A stretch of 64,000 nucleotides of DNA from the human T2T-CHM13v2.0 reference genome, Homo sapiens, in the NCBI RefSeq assembly GCF_009914755.1, contig NC_060937.1; one strand, given 5' to 3'. The number at the start of each line of letters is the position of its first letter. Within the stretch, counting starts at the first letter, position 1. This document shows, one piece after another, positions 30,021-46,471 of the stretch. The translations under genes were made by a program, and so were the position numbers. The notes below the pieces were generated by a model, which was not told the origin of the DNA, searched no databases, and worked only from the letters and a program-made list of their open reading frames with translations.

Positions 30021-31253
30021 TATCTAGCTCTGCTTCCCTCTCTTCCCATCTCCCTCCATCCATCTAGTAGGAATATTGTGCTGGCCTTGGTTTCCATGCT
30101 CTCTCTCCCCTATGGCTCCCTCACTCTGCCTCGGCCTGAGCGAGCATGAATCACTTCTGCTGGGGTGTGCTCTGCTGTACTGCTTTTGTTCTCAGAGCTG
30201 TGATGTAAATACGACTACTTCAGTGTTTTAATTTTCCCTTTCTCTGGTATTGTGCTTCTTAACTCAACATATTCTAAACAAATCTCTTAAGAATCTTTAC
30301 ACAATTGTTAGTGTTTTATGTGTAAATGCCAAGGTTGACAAACTGCTCTGAGAAATTTAATTATAAACCGAGTAAGCTTATTTGAAAATTGAAAGTGGTA
30401 TTTGATTTGCTCCTAAATATATTTACACATAAAGAGAACATAATGTGATGCCAGACCCCAAGAGAGACTGAGCACACATTAATTGATGCCGAAGGCAAAA
30501 GCTTAAGGGTATCATTCCATTCAAACTATGCAGATCCAATTTAATTCAATAATGCAAATATCTGCATAGCTAATGGTTGTCAAACCTTAACAATAGTCAC
30601 TTATGTCAGACAATATAATCTAAATATGAAAGTTTTGAAGCATTTTTTAGAGATCGTTGCAATTTGTTGTCCTATAATGTAAGGATGTACTACTGTCTTC
30701 AACAGGCAACATGGCCTTTCAGAGTTCAGTTTTCTTAGGTCAGTTTGAAATGAGATTGTCAGATCAATACATTGAAACTCTGAAATGGCAATCTCACCAT
30801 TCAAACAATTATAGCTGGCTGTTTAAAACTTGCATTTTGTAAGGTAAACTTTTTACCACGGGAAGTCTGGAGACATCCTTAGATTTTAGCAGAAAGCAAC
30901 AGCTTGGTTAATTACATGAACTCTGTTGGGCTACTTATTAGAATACTATTAGGTTTGTATCAACATGATATAAACATCGATTGCTGTCTAATCTCTGTGG
31001 ATCTAGAGAATTAATGTTCTGATTACAAATAATTTATGTGTGGTAAGAACAACCCTGCTGTTAATAGGAATAATTGCTGTGAATATTTTTTATAGTAAAA
31101 CTGGTTTTGAACCTTCAAAGTCAGTTTTAAAGACCTCGACATTATGAGAGGATAGCAAAGAGAATACACTTTTCTTTCTAGTTAGAGCTTTTGTTAGGTT
31201 TAGCTGCCTTGTGTTTAATTATCAGGTTTTTATTCTTTGCTCTATTGCTGAAC

Positions 31254-31359
31254 AAAAAAAAGAAGAAAGAAAGGAAAGAAAGAAAGAAAAAGAAAGAAGA
31301 AAGAAAGGAAAGAAAGAAAGAAAAAGAAAGAAAGAGAAAGAAAGAAAGGAAAAAGAAGA
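31254..31359 (+). repeat. ~105-nt pure purine (GAAA-type) tract
   Basis: Only A and G from 31254 to 31359. Confidence 0.9.
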
Positions 31360-31487
31360 TCTGGAACCAAACCAATTTCCAGTGGGTTAGAAGTAGAGTT
31401 GTTAGCATCTTTGAATATAAAATTCAAATTCAAATTCAAAATATCAAGAAGATGACTTGTTGGCAAAACAAGTTAAAATTATGTTTA

Positions 31488-32171
<684 letters not shown>

Positions 32172-32689
32172 TCACCTTCTTGCCGTTGGGCACTCAGCGT
32201 GCAGTCAGCTCTCTTGAGGCGTGCAACTGTTATACCATGTGGGAACCTCAGGCTTTGGGCTGTATCACGCCGTCATGCATTACAGAAGTGCAGCTTCATG
32301 TCACCTATGACCTTGGCACAGGATGAACTGCTATATGTTTCCGAAGATGCCTCTCTGTAGCATGACTTTTCTCGTCAGAACTTTTCCTCCAACCATGACC
32401 CTTGGGATCATTCGTTAGTTCACCTTTCCTCTTCCCTGTTCCCTGGAGATGCTGGGAATCTTTTCTACCTGGATCCAGCGGCTGTCTCTTGGGCCACACT
32501 ATTTTAATGCCATATATGTACCCTGAAACACTCTCTCCTTTTAAGTCTATATCTATATCCATATTTATCTTTTGTAAAATCTCCAAGAGCATGTATAAAT
32601 GTCCAGGACACTTTTATTATTGGTGCTGTTTACCTGGCTTGCATGCTCTGAACACCAGAATCTTGGTGGTAGTAGAATAGTTACTGAGG

Positions 32690-33140
32690 TCTTTAGTAGA
32701 AAGTCTGGTTTGGCTGCAAGAAAAAGAAAACTCCCAACTCAATTGGCTTAAACAAAAAGAAGATGTATCACATATAACAAGAAGTCTGGCTCCAATGTTG
32801 ACTGACTCATGAACTAAACACATCATTGAGAACCCGGGGTGGGTAAAGTAATAATCCAAGTTCAAATGTCTCAGCATCCTTGCTTGTCCTCATCATTGCA
32901 AAATGGCTGCAGCAGCTCAGTCATCACATGTTATTGTGATCATGTCAGCAGCAGAAGGGGGATTTTCCTGTGTGTGTGTGTGTGTGTGTGTGTTTGTTGT
33001 TGTTAAAAAAAAATACCCTTTTTGTACTGCCCTCCCCAACCACCAGATTTTTCTTAGTATTTCAATGACCAGAGTTGTATGCCCCATGCCCTCACCTGTT
33101 ACTGGTAAGAGGAATAAAACTATCATGGCTCCTATTTAAC
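32690..33140 (-). mobile_element. Old MLT1-type (ERVL-MaLR) LTR, containing a (TG)n tract
   Basis: ggctgcaagaaaaagaaaactcccaactcaattggcttaaacaaaaaga and caaaatggctgcagcagctc motifs. Confidence 0.5.
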
Positions 33141-34431
33141 TGCTATCTTGTTTTATTTCACAAGTTTATTCATATAGGCATAATAAGAGGTGTTAACTAA
33201 TAAATAAATACCTTTTTTTTGGTATGGCTAACAAAGCTAGAGCCACATGATATTGAAGCTTTAGAATGAACTTTTTTCTGGAGGCTTTGCACAGTTCCCA
33301 GAGGGGTAAATTTCTTATATGTGTGAGAATAATTTTTATCATTGTTATTAGCACTATTTTCTCTGAGATCCTCATATTTGTTAATATTTCTGGCCTGCTA
33401 GGAAATGAATTTACTGTCTGTGAGTCCTAATATCACAAGTCATCTAGTGGATGAGTTTCCTAGGGAGACTTTGTAGATGTCATTCCCACATGTAAAATAT
33501 AGGCTTTGTTCTGTAATAGTGAGCTTATCACATCTAATTAAAAGGAACTTTTGGCATAGGCAATACCCAATTATATTCTGGTAAGAAAGGGAAATGATCA
33601 TAAGTATTAATTCCCCCCAGTGGTGAATAAGCTATATCAATTTCTTTAGCTATTTTTTTTAAATTTATGAAATAGAAAATTTCATAGTGAAAAATAAATT
33701 AAAAAGGGCACTATCCACATTATTTAATCTTTGTTATTATTGTTTTGTTGACAAGGCCAATGAATGTATGTCATACTCTACAAAATTGTTATTTTAAAAT
33801 TGTCTTGATGACATATTAGCTTACAATTTATATCTCATGGGAGAAGATCGCTCGTGGGATTTTTTTCTTTTGAATTTTGACAGTTCCTCTGGGACAAAAT
33901 ACTAGGTAAAGAGTGCTTTATTCTAGTGTGTGAGTAGATTATAATCTGTTAAACTGAGGGTGAAGGATAGATTAAGAATAACTTTTTTCTAATGTAGATT
34001 CAAATAAAATATTAATCATAATGAAAACAGTTCATTTAGTTCAATTAGTCCTAGGTAATTTTTGTTATGTTGAGCTTGGGCTTTTGATTTTTTAAGAACA
34101 TTTAATACCATGAAGTTCAGTTTCTGAAAAATGTACAGTTCAGTGGATTTTAGTATATTCACAAAATGCTGCATTAATCACCAGTTTTACTGCAAAACAT
34201 TTTTATCACCTCTAGAAGAAACCTCATACTCACTTTTCCCTTCCCTCAGCCCGTGGCAAGTACTAATTTACTTTCTGTCTCTATGGATTTGCCTATTCCG
34301 AATATAGCATATAAACGGAATCATAAATACATGTTTTTTTGTGCTTGGCTTCTCTCACTTAGCACAATACTTTTAAGATTCATCTGTATTGTATAGCCTG
34401 TATCAATACTTCCATTGTGTGGATGTACCAC

Positions 34432-35214
<783 letters not shown>

Positions 35215-35407
35215 ACCACAGTTTGTTTATCCATCATTAATTAACGAGCATTTGGTTTGTCTACATTGTCGCTGTTATGAATAAGGCTGCTCTGAACATT
35301 CATTTACAGGCTTTATGTGGACAAGTGTCTTCAGTTCTCTTGGGTGTATACCTAAGAGTAGAAATGCTGTGTCACATGTCACAGCAATTTGAGGAATTGC
35401 CAAACTG

Positions 35408-35676
35408 TTTGTTTATTTATTTATTTATTTAGACGGAGTCTCGCTCTGTCGCCCAGGCTGGAGTGGCGCCATCTGGGCTCACTGCAAGCTCCGCCTCCCG
35501 GGTTCACGCCATTCTCCTGCCTCAGCCTCCTGAGTAGCTGGGACTACAGGCGCCCGCCACCATGCCTGGCTAATTTTTTGTATTTTTTAGTAGAGACGGG
35601 GTTTCACCATGTTGGCCAGGACGGTCTCGGTCTCTTGACCTCATGATCCACCCACCTCAGCCTCCCAAAGTGCTGG
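35408..35676 (-). mobile_element. AluY/Sc-like, missing its 5' ~30 nt
   Basis: gcaagctccgcctcccgggttcacgccattctc (Y-type). Ends at ccaaagtgctgg. Confidence 0.9.
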
Positions 35677-36212
35677 CTGCACCATTTTCCATTTCCACTA
35701 TCCATGTATGAGGGTTTCAATTTTTCCACATCCTTACCAACATTTGTTATTGTCTGTCTTTTTGAGTATAGCTATTTCAGTGGATGTGAAGTGGTGTCTC
35801 GGTGTGGTTTTGATTTGCATTTCCCCGATGACTAACGACGTTGAGCATCTTTTCATTGGCTCATTGATCATTTATCTGTCTTTCAAGAAATATCTATTGA
35901 GGTCCTTTGCCTATTCTAAAACTAGGTTATTTTGTTGAGTTGTAAGAGTTCTTTCTATATTCTAGTTATAAGTCCCTTATTAGATATAGGATTTTCAAAT
36001 ATTTTCTACTGTCTTGTACATTGTCTTTTCAATTTCTTCATGTTGTCCTTTGAAGCACAAAAGTTGTTAGTTTTAATGAAGTTTACCTATCTTTTCTTTT
36101 GTGCTTTTGGCATCCTATCTAGTACCATGGCGACCTACCATGGTTCAGACCAATGGGAACCACCCCTTTTGACACTTATAGCTGTGTGGGTTATCTTAGA
36201 AAAGCAGGGCTA

Positions 36213-36566
<354 letters not shown>

Positions 36567-38799
36567 TCAGGCAGTTATTTATCACAGTACTTGGATGGGT
36601 TTTAACCACAGAACTCTATAAAGTCACAGAAAAATTACTTCAATGTGACAGAACCCAAACTAGGAAATAAGATCTCTTTGCGGTTTATGTTACACACACA
36701 CACATACTCTCTCAACCATAATTAGACACAGCAAACCATAAATAAGATGCAGCGGGGTTCACATGTCACCTTCCATCTCTCTCATGAGAGAGCTGGAGGG
36801 CGCCTTCGTCAGTGTGGATCCTGTCCAGCCTGCTCCTCTGTGAGCTCCCTGACGTGGGAGCAGTGCTGTTCTGTGCTGATCTCGCCCAGCAAGTTGCTTC
36901 CTCCTTTTGAGACTTTGTTGTCATTTGTCTTGGCCTCCACTTACTCTCGATCTGTGTTCACTGAATCAACCACCCAGGGCTGTTGCTAGTGTCACATAAC
37001 CTGGGAATGGCTTTACAAACAAAACAACACCCATTCCTGGGACCTGCTGCTCCTTTCTAGTCTCTGACCTGCAATCAGCTGCCTCTCTATTGCATCCCTG
37101 CTTTAGCCACAGGAAGGGTGCTTTGTATTCAGCATCTTTTTTCTTTAATTAAACAAAAACAAAACTTCTGAATTGGATCTTCTGTTGTAGGGAAATGCAA
37201 TGTGTGTCATTCCTGGGGGACACTCCAGTGGGCATCTCTGCAGCTCCTGCAGCCGGCAGTGCTCACTCATTACTGCATGTCTACTGCGGCACAGGTGGGA
37301 CAGGGACCCCACGGGGCCTGAGAATCACGTAGTAGGTCTTCAGCAAAGGCTGACTGAATGAGTACAGGTTACTGATGGAAACTGAGATCCTTAGAAATGG
37401 AGTAACTCTCTCTAGAGACAGAGGACGAACTAAGTGGCCTTTTCTAAGTGAGTACTCATCAACCTTTGGGGGAACAGATACCCAGTTTCATTATAATTCA
37501 CTTTTCAATTTATTGGAAATACTGAATTTATTATTCAGTTTATTGATGAAATGGAAGTAACAGTCCCCTGCAGTGTGTGTATGTGTGTGTTTGCTGAAGG
37601 AGGTGGCCATGTATTTAATGGTAAATTTCAGTATCCAGAGCATTTCCTGCTTTTAGTTTTGATTTTCTTTTATGTTACTAGATACGTTCTTAACGTGATC
37701 TTAATGTAGTTAAGTTAGCTTATAACGGCTACGGGATAAAATAGGCTCCTAGACAGCACATTATAATGCCCCTTCTGAGAAAAGAATTACAGCAAAAGCT
37801 GGACCCAATTGTAATAACATTAAACTTATAAAAGCATGAAATTGCTTCATAGGGTGTACATGAATTAATATCTTCTTTGCACTGGTGGTTTTCCCATATA
37901 GTACATCACTCAGGCTCAGCAACACACAAGTATGCTTTTGTACCAGCGAAGATTGCATTGCAAAGCTGTATCATCTACTGGAAAAAAAAAGAATAAAAAA
38001 GGAAAAGAAATACCCAGAATAGTTTGGGCTGGTCCAGGAGTGAAGGACACTTTAAAGATTGCCTTTCTCCTGAACTCCTACCCTGCTCTCTGCCCTTTCT
38101 TGTGGACTGATGGCCTTTCATGAGTTGGCAGGACTTACCTATCTTGATCTTCTGGTCCCATGTAAAACGCACGTTCTTATATCCAGAGGATCAGAGCCAG
38201 CCTAGACAGCCCAACACCATGCAGACAACCGTGCCATGGACACTTCAACTCAACTGCAATGTCGATTTGTTTGCAAAGATGAGCCAGTACTGTAAATGTC
38301 AAGCAACATTGCTCTGTGCAGCAGAGTCAGCCATCTTTGAACTCACCAGAAAGTACCTATGAGACTTGCGGACTTTTGAGCATATTACATTGATCATGTT
38401 GAAAGGTAGAGGCAAAAAGAACCTGTTCCTGCCTGTGTAGCAGTTTTTATTCTTTTGATTTTGAATAAGAGTAACATTTTTTGGCCAGCACTTTGAAAAT
38501 GGCCCTCTCTGAAGAACGGTTCTCTAGCATACTTATAAACGGGCGGTAACTTTTTTACTTTGGAATGACCTGCAAGGAGCTGCATCTTCCAGAACAGGTG
38601 AAAAGGCATAGGCTCTGGAATCAGAAAAAGCACGTTTAGCTGCAGGCTCTTAACACAGGGGGCCATATTCATCTCTGTATTGTTCCAGTTTTAGTTCATG
38701 TGCTGCCAAGGCAAGCACAGCCATAGCCTTTTAACATGTTTCCTGGCTTTACTAATAAATCCACAAAAATGGGAAAGATTTAAGACTTAATATTTTTAA

Positions 38800-39110
38800 A
38801 ATGCAGATCTGATTCTGTCACTCTCACCCCTACCCTGATTTCCTCAGTGGCTTCCCACTGCACTTGGAATAAATTCACACTCTTTGCCATGGCCTAACGG
38901 CCCTGCACAACCTGGTACTTTCTACTCTCAGACCTCACTTTATTCCTCCTTTCCCTGGCCCCCAGCTCCAGTTATAGTCTCTCTTCCCTAGAACACCCCA
39001 GACTTGTTCTGCCTCTGGGCTATTGCACCTGTGATTCCCTTTGCTCGGAACTCTCTTTCCCTAGAGCTTCAGCTCTTCATATGCCTGCCTGTCACCCTTC
39101 AGATATCAGC
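38800..39110 (+). mobile_element. L2 fragment
   Basis: cagtggcttcccactgcacttggaataaa...ggccctgcacaacctgg. Confidence 0.65.
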
Positions 39111-39112
39111 TC

Positions 39113-39412
39113 AGCTGGGTGCAGTGGCTCACATTGGAATCCCAGTGTCCCCGTGCTTTGGGAGGCCAAGACAAGAGGATTGCTTGAGACCAGGAGTTTG
39201 AAACCAGCCTGGGCAACATAAGGAGCACCCCCTCACTACAAAGTTAGCTGGGTATGGTGGTGTGCACCTGTGGTCCCAGCTTTTCGGGAGGCTGAGATAG
39301 GAGGATCACTTGAGCCTGGGAGGTTGAGGCTGCAGTGAGCCACAGCACACCAGCCAGCGTGACACAGCGAGACTCTCAGAAAAACAAACAAACAAACAAA
39401 CAAACCAAAAAA
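39113..39412 (+). mobile_element. AluJ
   Basis: Diverged Alu with an (AAAC)n tail. Confidence 0.88.
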
Positions 39413-39483
39413 CCAATCCCACTCCCTTAACAAAATTCAAATATCTAGCTCACATGAAAGTAGCACCTTTTAAGAGGTGATAC

Positions 39484-40152
39484 TTTTTTTTTTCTTAAGT
39501 CAACTTTTATTTTAGATTCAGGGCGTACATGTGCAGGTTTGTTACTTGTGTATATTGCATGATGCTGGTGTTTGGGGTTCATAGTTGACCCTATCCTCCA
39601 AGTAGTGAGCATAGTCCCCAATAATTAGTTTTACAACTGTTGTCCTTCTTCTCCCTCCCCCTGTATTAGTTCCCAGTGTCTATAGTTGCCATCTTTATGT
39701 CTATGAGTACCCGATATTTAGCTCCCACTCATAAGTGAGAATATGTGGTATTTGGTTTTTTGCTCCTGCATTAATAATAGCCTCCAGCTGCATCCATGTT
39801 GCTGCAAAGGACATGAATTCCTTCTTTTTAATGGCTGCATAGTATTCCCTGCTGTATATGTACTTCATTTTCTTCATCCAGTCCACCGTTGATGGGCACC
39901 TAGGTTGATTCCATGTCTTTGCTATTGTGAATAGTGAAGCAATGAACATAATGAACGCATGTGTCTTTTTGGTAGAACGATTTATTTATTTTTGGATATA
40001 TACCCAGTCATGGGCTTGCTCTAAGTTCCTTGAGAAATCTCCACACTGCTTTACACATTGGCTGAAGTAATTCATGTTTCCAGCAACAGTATATTAGCAT
40101 CCTCTTTTCTCCATAGCCTTGCCAGCAGCTGTTATTTTTGGACTTTTTAGTA
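39484..40152 (-). mobile_element. L1PB/old L1PA 3' end
   Basis: ttttagattcagggcgtacatgtgcaggtttgttac. Antisense peptide MFIASLFTIAKTWNQPRCPS matches the ORF2 C-terminus. Confidence 0.9.
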
Positions 40153-41177
40153 GTGCTTCAGACAACAGAATTGCTGTCATGGTGGGCTATAGACTGCATT
40201 CTAGACCCTGGAGCTACTGTAGCCCACGCCCCAGACCCTGGCTCCTCAGCTGCTGTACTAACACCCATTCCTGGCACACCATCTCCAACACTGCAGTGGA
40301 GGAGGGGGTGGCGCCTGCATCCCAGGCACCAGTGCCACTGCTGCCTCAAACCCAGGGGCCATGGTTCTTCCACAAGTACCTGAATTCCCAACCTTGGCCC
40401 TGTGGATACTTCACAGGTGCTGCACACCAGACAGTAGTGCCACTGCCACCATGAGCATGCCTGTGAGCTGGCTCTGGCTTCAAGAGGGATCTGTCACAAC
40501 TTCACCTGTGGGAGAAGAGATCAGGAAGACCCCAGCATCCTTCACCACCCCATAAGCCCTTGCTGTCTTTGTAGACACCTGCAGCCTTGGCCACTGAGGA
40601 CCCCTACCTCTCTACAGTTCTGTCAGCTGAGGTGAGCATTAGTGAAGATTATAGGGGAGGTTCTGGCCAAAGGGACCTCTTGGCACAATAAATGACAATA
40701 GTTAGTTCTTGCCTATCAATAATTACTTTAAATGTGAATGGATTAAATTCTCTAATCAATAGACATAGGATTTAAAAAATAAGATCCAATAATATGCTGT
40801 CTACAAGAGTTTCATCTTAGCTTTAAGGATACAAATAGGTTGAAAAAGATATTCCATGCAACTGGAAAGCAAGAGAGGGAAGAGGTAGTTATATCAGACA
40901 AAATAGACTTTTAGTCAAAAACTGTAAGAAGAGACAGAAATGTCAATATGTAATGATAAAGGGGTCAATTTATGAAGAAGACATAATAATTATAAATATA
41001 TACACATCCAACACTGGAGCACCTAAATATATAAAGCGAATATTAAGAGATCTGAAGGGAGAAATGGAGAGCAATGAAATAATAGTAGATGACTTTAATA
41101 CACCACTTTCAACAGTGGGTAGACCATCTAGGCAGAATACTAATAAGGACACATTGGACTTGAACTACACTTTAGAC

Positions 41178-41402
41178 AAGGGGTGTCCAATCTTTTGGCT
41201 TTCCTAGGCCATATTGGAAAAAGAAGAATTGTCTTGGGCCACACATAAAATACACTAACAATAATGATAACTGATGAGCTAAAAAAAAATCACACAAAAA
41301 AATTTCATAATGTTTTAAGAAAGTTTGCGAATTTGTGTTGGGCCACATTCAAAGCCATCCTGGGCTACATGTGGCCTGCTGGTTGTGGGTTGGACAAGCT
41401 TG
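41178..41402 (+). mobile_element. MER30 (hAT-Charlie MITE)
   Basis: aggggtgtccaatctttt...ggttggacaagcttg. 8-bp TSD ctttagac on both sides. Confidence 0.9.
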
Positions 41403-42989
41403 CTTTAGACCAAATGTACTAAGCAGATATATGCAGAACATGCCATTCAACAACAGCAGAATACCCATTCTTCTCAAGCTTGCATGGAATATTCCTAGGA
41501 TAGATCATATGTTAGGCTACAAATGAATTTTTATCAAATATCTTTTCTGACCACAATGCTATGAAATTAAAAATCAACAACAGGAAGAAAATTTGAAAAT
41601 TCACAAGTACATGGAAAGTAAAAACACTTCTAAATAACCAATGGGTCAAAGAAGAAATCAAAAGGGAAATTAAAAAAATTTTTGAAATAAATAAAAATGA
41701 AAATACAACACACCAAAACTTATGAAATGTAGCAAAAACAATTCTACAAAGGACGTTTATAGTGACAAATGCCTACATTATGAAAAAAGAAAAATCTCAA
41801 ACAAATAATTTAACTTTACATTTCAAGAAACTAGAAATAGAAGAGAAAAAGAAGCCCAAAGTCAGCAGAAGGAAGGAAATAATAAAGATCTGAATAGAAA
41901 TAAATGAAATAGAGGCTAGAAAAACAAACAGTAAAAAAAAGATCAATGAAACCAAGGGTGGGGCTTTTGAAAAGATGAAATTGACAAAACTTTAGCTAGA
42001 CTAAGAAAAAAAGAGAAGACTCAAATAAATAAAATCAAAAATGAAAGAGGTGACATTACAGCTGGCACACAGAAATACAGAAGATTATAAGAGTTTACTC
42101 TGAGCAATTATATGCAACAAATTTGATAACCTAGAAGAAATGGATAGATTTCTTCAGGTACATTTCTATATGTACCCATGTAGGTATATATAACCTACTT
42201 AGAATTCTGAAGAAATAAAAAATCTGAACAGACCAATAACAAGTGATGAGATCAACTAGTAATAGAAAGTAATAAAAAGACTCTATCAAAAAACTATTAA
42301 ACTAGTAAACAAATTCAGTAAAGTTGCAGGATACAAAATCAACATATAAAAATCAGTAGTGTTTCTGTACAGTAACAAGAACGTATCCAACAAGGAAATT
42401 AAGAAAACAATCCCATTCATAATAACATTAAAAAGAATAAAATACTTAGGAGTAAATTTAATGAAGGAGGCAAAACATCTGTACACTGAGAACTATAAAA
42501 CATTGATGAAGGAAATTGAAGAAGACACAAATAAATGGAAAGACATCATGTTCATGGATTGAAATAATTAATATTGTTAAAATGGCCATACTACTGAAAG
42601 CCATCTACAGATTCAATGCAATTTCCATCAAAATTCCAATGACATTTTTCATAGGAATAGAAAAAAAAATTCTTAAATTGATATGGAACCACAAAAGACC
42701 CCAAATAACCAAAACACTTTTGACAAAAAGAACAAAACTAGATTTTAAATTATGTTATGAAGCTATAGTAATCAAAACAATATGCTACTACTACACCCCC
42801 CCCAAAAACCTCAGACGTATAGACCAGTAGAGTAGACAGCCCAGAAATAAACCCATAAATATGCAGTAAAGTAATTATCAATAAAGGCACAAAGAATACA
42901 CAATGAGGAAAGGATAATCTCTTTCATAAATTTTGATGCTGGGAAAATGGAATATCCACATGCAAAAGAATGAAATCGAGCCGTTATCT

Positions 42990-43271
42990 TTTTTTTTTTT
43001 TTTTTTTTTTTGAGACAGAGTCTCTCTCTGTCGCCAGGCTGGAGTGCAGTGGCACCTCCGCCTTGCGGGTTCAAGAAATTCTCCTGCCTCAGCCTCCCAA
43101 GTAGCTGGGACTACAGGTGTGCACCACCACGTCCAGCTAATTTTTGTATTTTTAGTAGAGATGGGATTTCACCATGTTGGCCAGGATGGTCTTGATCTTG
43201 TGACCTTGTGATCCGCCCACCTTGGCCTCCCAAAGTGCTGGGATTACAGGCGTGAGCCACTGTGCCCAGCC
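42990..43271 (-). mobile_element. AluS(c) with a small internal deletion
   Basis: Antisense Alu inside the L1. Confidence 0.93.
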
Positions 43272-44485
43272 AAGCCTCTATCTTACAACACACACAAAAA
43301 TCAACTCAAAATGGAGTAAGGAGTTGAAGGTAAGACCTAAAACTGTAAAACTCCTGGAAGAAAACATACGGGAAAAGTTCCTTGATAATAGTCTTGGCAA
43401 TGAATTTTTTTGATTTGACACCAAAAGCACAGGCAACAAAAGCAAAACTAAACAGATAGAACCACATTAAACTAAAAAGTCACAAAGGGTACATAAAGCA
43501 CAGCAAAGGAAACAATCAACAAAATGAAAAGCAGCCTATAGGATGGGAAAAATATTTGCAAACCATGTTTCCAACAAGGAATTAATGTCTTAAGGTACAC
43601 GAGGACTCATACAACTCAGTAGTAACAAAAGCCAAATCACCCAATAAAAAATGTGCAAAGGACCTGAGTAGATATTTTTCCAAAGAAGACATATAAATAG
43701 GAAAGAGGTATATGTAAAGATGTCACTAATCATCAGTGAAATAGAAATCAAAACCACAATGATATGTCACTTCATACCTGTAGGATGGCTATTACAAAAA
43801 CATTAAAAGTTAAGTGTCAGTGAGGATGTGGAGGAAAGGGATCCCTTATACATTTTTGGTAGGAACGTAAATTGGTGCAGCCATTATGAAAAACAGCGTG
43901 GAGATATCGCAGAAGCTTAAAAATAGAACTACCCTGTGATCCAACAATCCCACGTCTGAGTATATATCCAAAGGAAATGAAATTACTATCTTGAAGAAAT
44001 ATCTGCACCCTCATGTTCATCTCAGCATTATTCACAGAGGCCAAGATTTGGAAACAACATAAATATTAGTCAGTGGATGAATGGATAAAGAAAATGTAGT
44101 GTGTGTGTGTATACATATTTCATTTTATATATACATATACATTGTATATATAATGGAATATTATTCAGCCAACAGAAAGCTACCCTGACATTTGTGACAG
44201 CATGGATTGACATGAGGTTGTTATGCTAAGTGATATAAGCCAGACCCAGAAAGACAAATATTGCAGGATTTCACTTACATGTGGAATCTTAGGAAAAAAA
44301 AATTGAACTCATGGTAACAGAGAGTAGAATGGTGGTTACCAGGGCTGAGTGATTACAGGTGGGGTAGGGATTAAGGGTACAAACTTTCTGTCCTAAGATG
44401 AATAAGTTCTGGATACCTAAAGTACAGCACAATGACTACAGCTAATAATAGTGTATTGTACACTTGAAATTCTCTCAGGGAGTAG

Positions 44486-44853
<368 letters not shown>

Positions 44854-45159
44854 AGAAGTGATGGATTTGACTGGGGTAATCATCTTACCATGTATACATA
44901 TATCAGAACATCACATTGTACACCTTAAATACACACAATTTTTGTTAATCATACCTCAATAAAGCTGGAAAAAAAGAATAAATTCAGTTCTATCATCTCT
45001 CTTCTTTTTAAAATTTTCACTGACTCTCCTGCCCTCATACACACATTTGCACAACTAGACACGTCCTAGCACATGTAGGTACCTTTCTTAAGACTCTCAT
45101 TCAATCCTCACTCATCGATTTACTACGTTAGTCATTCATCCATTCACAAACCTATCTGC

Positions 45160-45280
45160 CTACTTCTTTCTTCTATGGGCTTCTTGAGGACAGAGTGAAT
45201 GCATTTTATCTTTGTGTTCCAAGCACATAGTGGGGATGTAATACATCTTTCTTTAATGAATGAATGAATGTATGAATGTT
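45160..45280 (+). mobile_element. L2 3' terminus
   Basis: cttgaggacagag...agcacatag...(gaat)n tail. Confidence 0.65.
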
Positions 45281-45620
45281 TTCTCCAAAGAGCAGAAGTG
45301 AGCAGACAGTTGGCAAGTGAATTGGGAGAAGAGGAGAGAAAAATATTTTTAAAATATTAAAAAAATCTAATATGATTCTCTGTGGCATTACATGTGCTTC
45401 CTTATATAGTTACTGATTTGATCCTCACAAAAATCCTCCAAATGGGAGCAGATAATACTATTTGCCTTCAGAAATGAAGGGCCAGAGGCCTCGTGTGTTT
45501 GAGTCTGGACTGACAAAGTTAGCAGGTAGCGAATCTAAGACAAAAAGCCAGGTTTTTGGATTCCAAGTGCAGTGCCTTTTTGTTTTGTTTTGCATCCATC
45601 TAGGGTGAGTTTGTTTCTGA

Positions 45621-45995
<375 letters not shown>

Positions 45996-46149
45996 TAGAG
46001 GACAGCTGACATTGCTTTAGGCAAGTGCAGCATCACTGGAATAAGAGTGTCACTGCAAAAGGGCTAGGGTGGGAAGACCCACTTAGGTGTACAAAGCCAT
46101 GGGGTTTTTTTGCTTGTTTGTTTTTAATTGTTTTTAATTAAGAGTCTCA

Positions 46150-46471
<322 letters not shown>

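Noticed and set aside
40953-42830. Endonuclease- and RT-like peptides
   Set aside because: Fragmented L1 ORF2 with stops, frameshifts, a MER30 insertion and a large deletion; not a functional gene.
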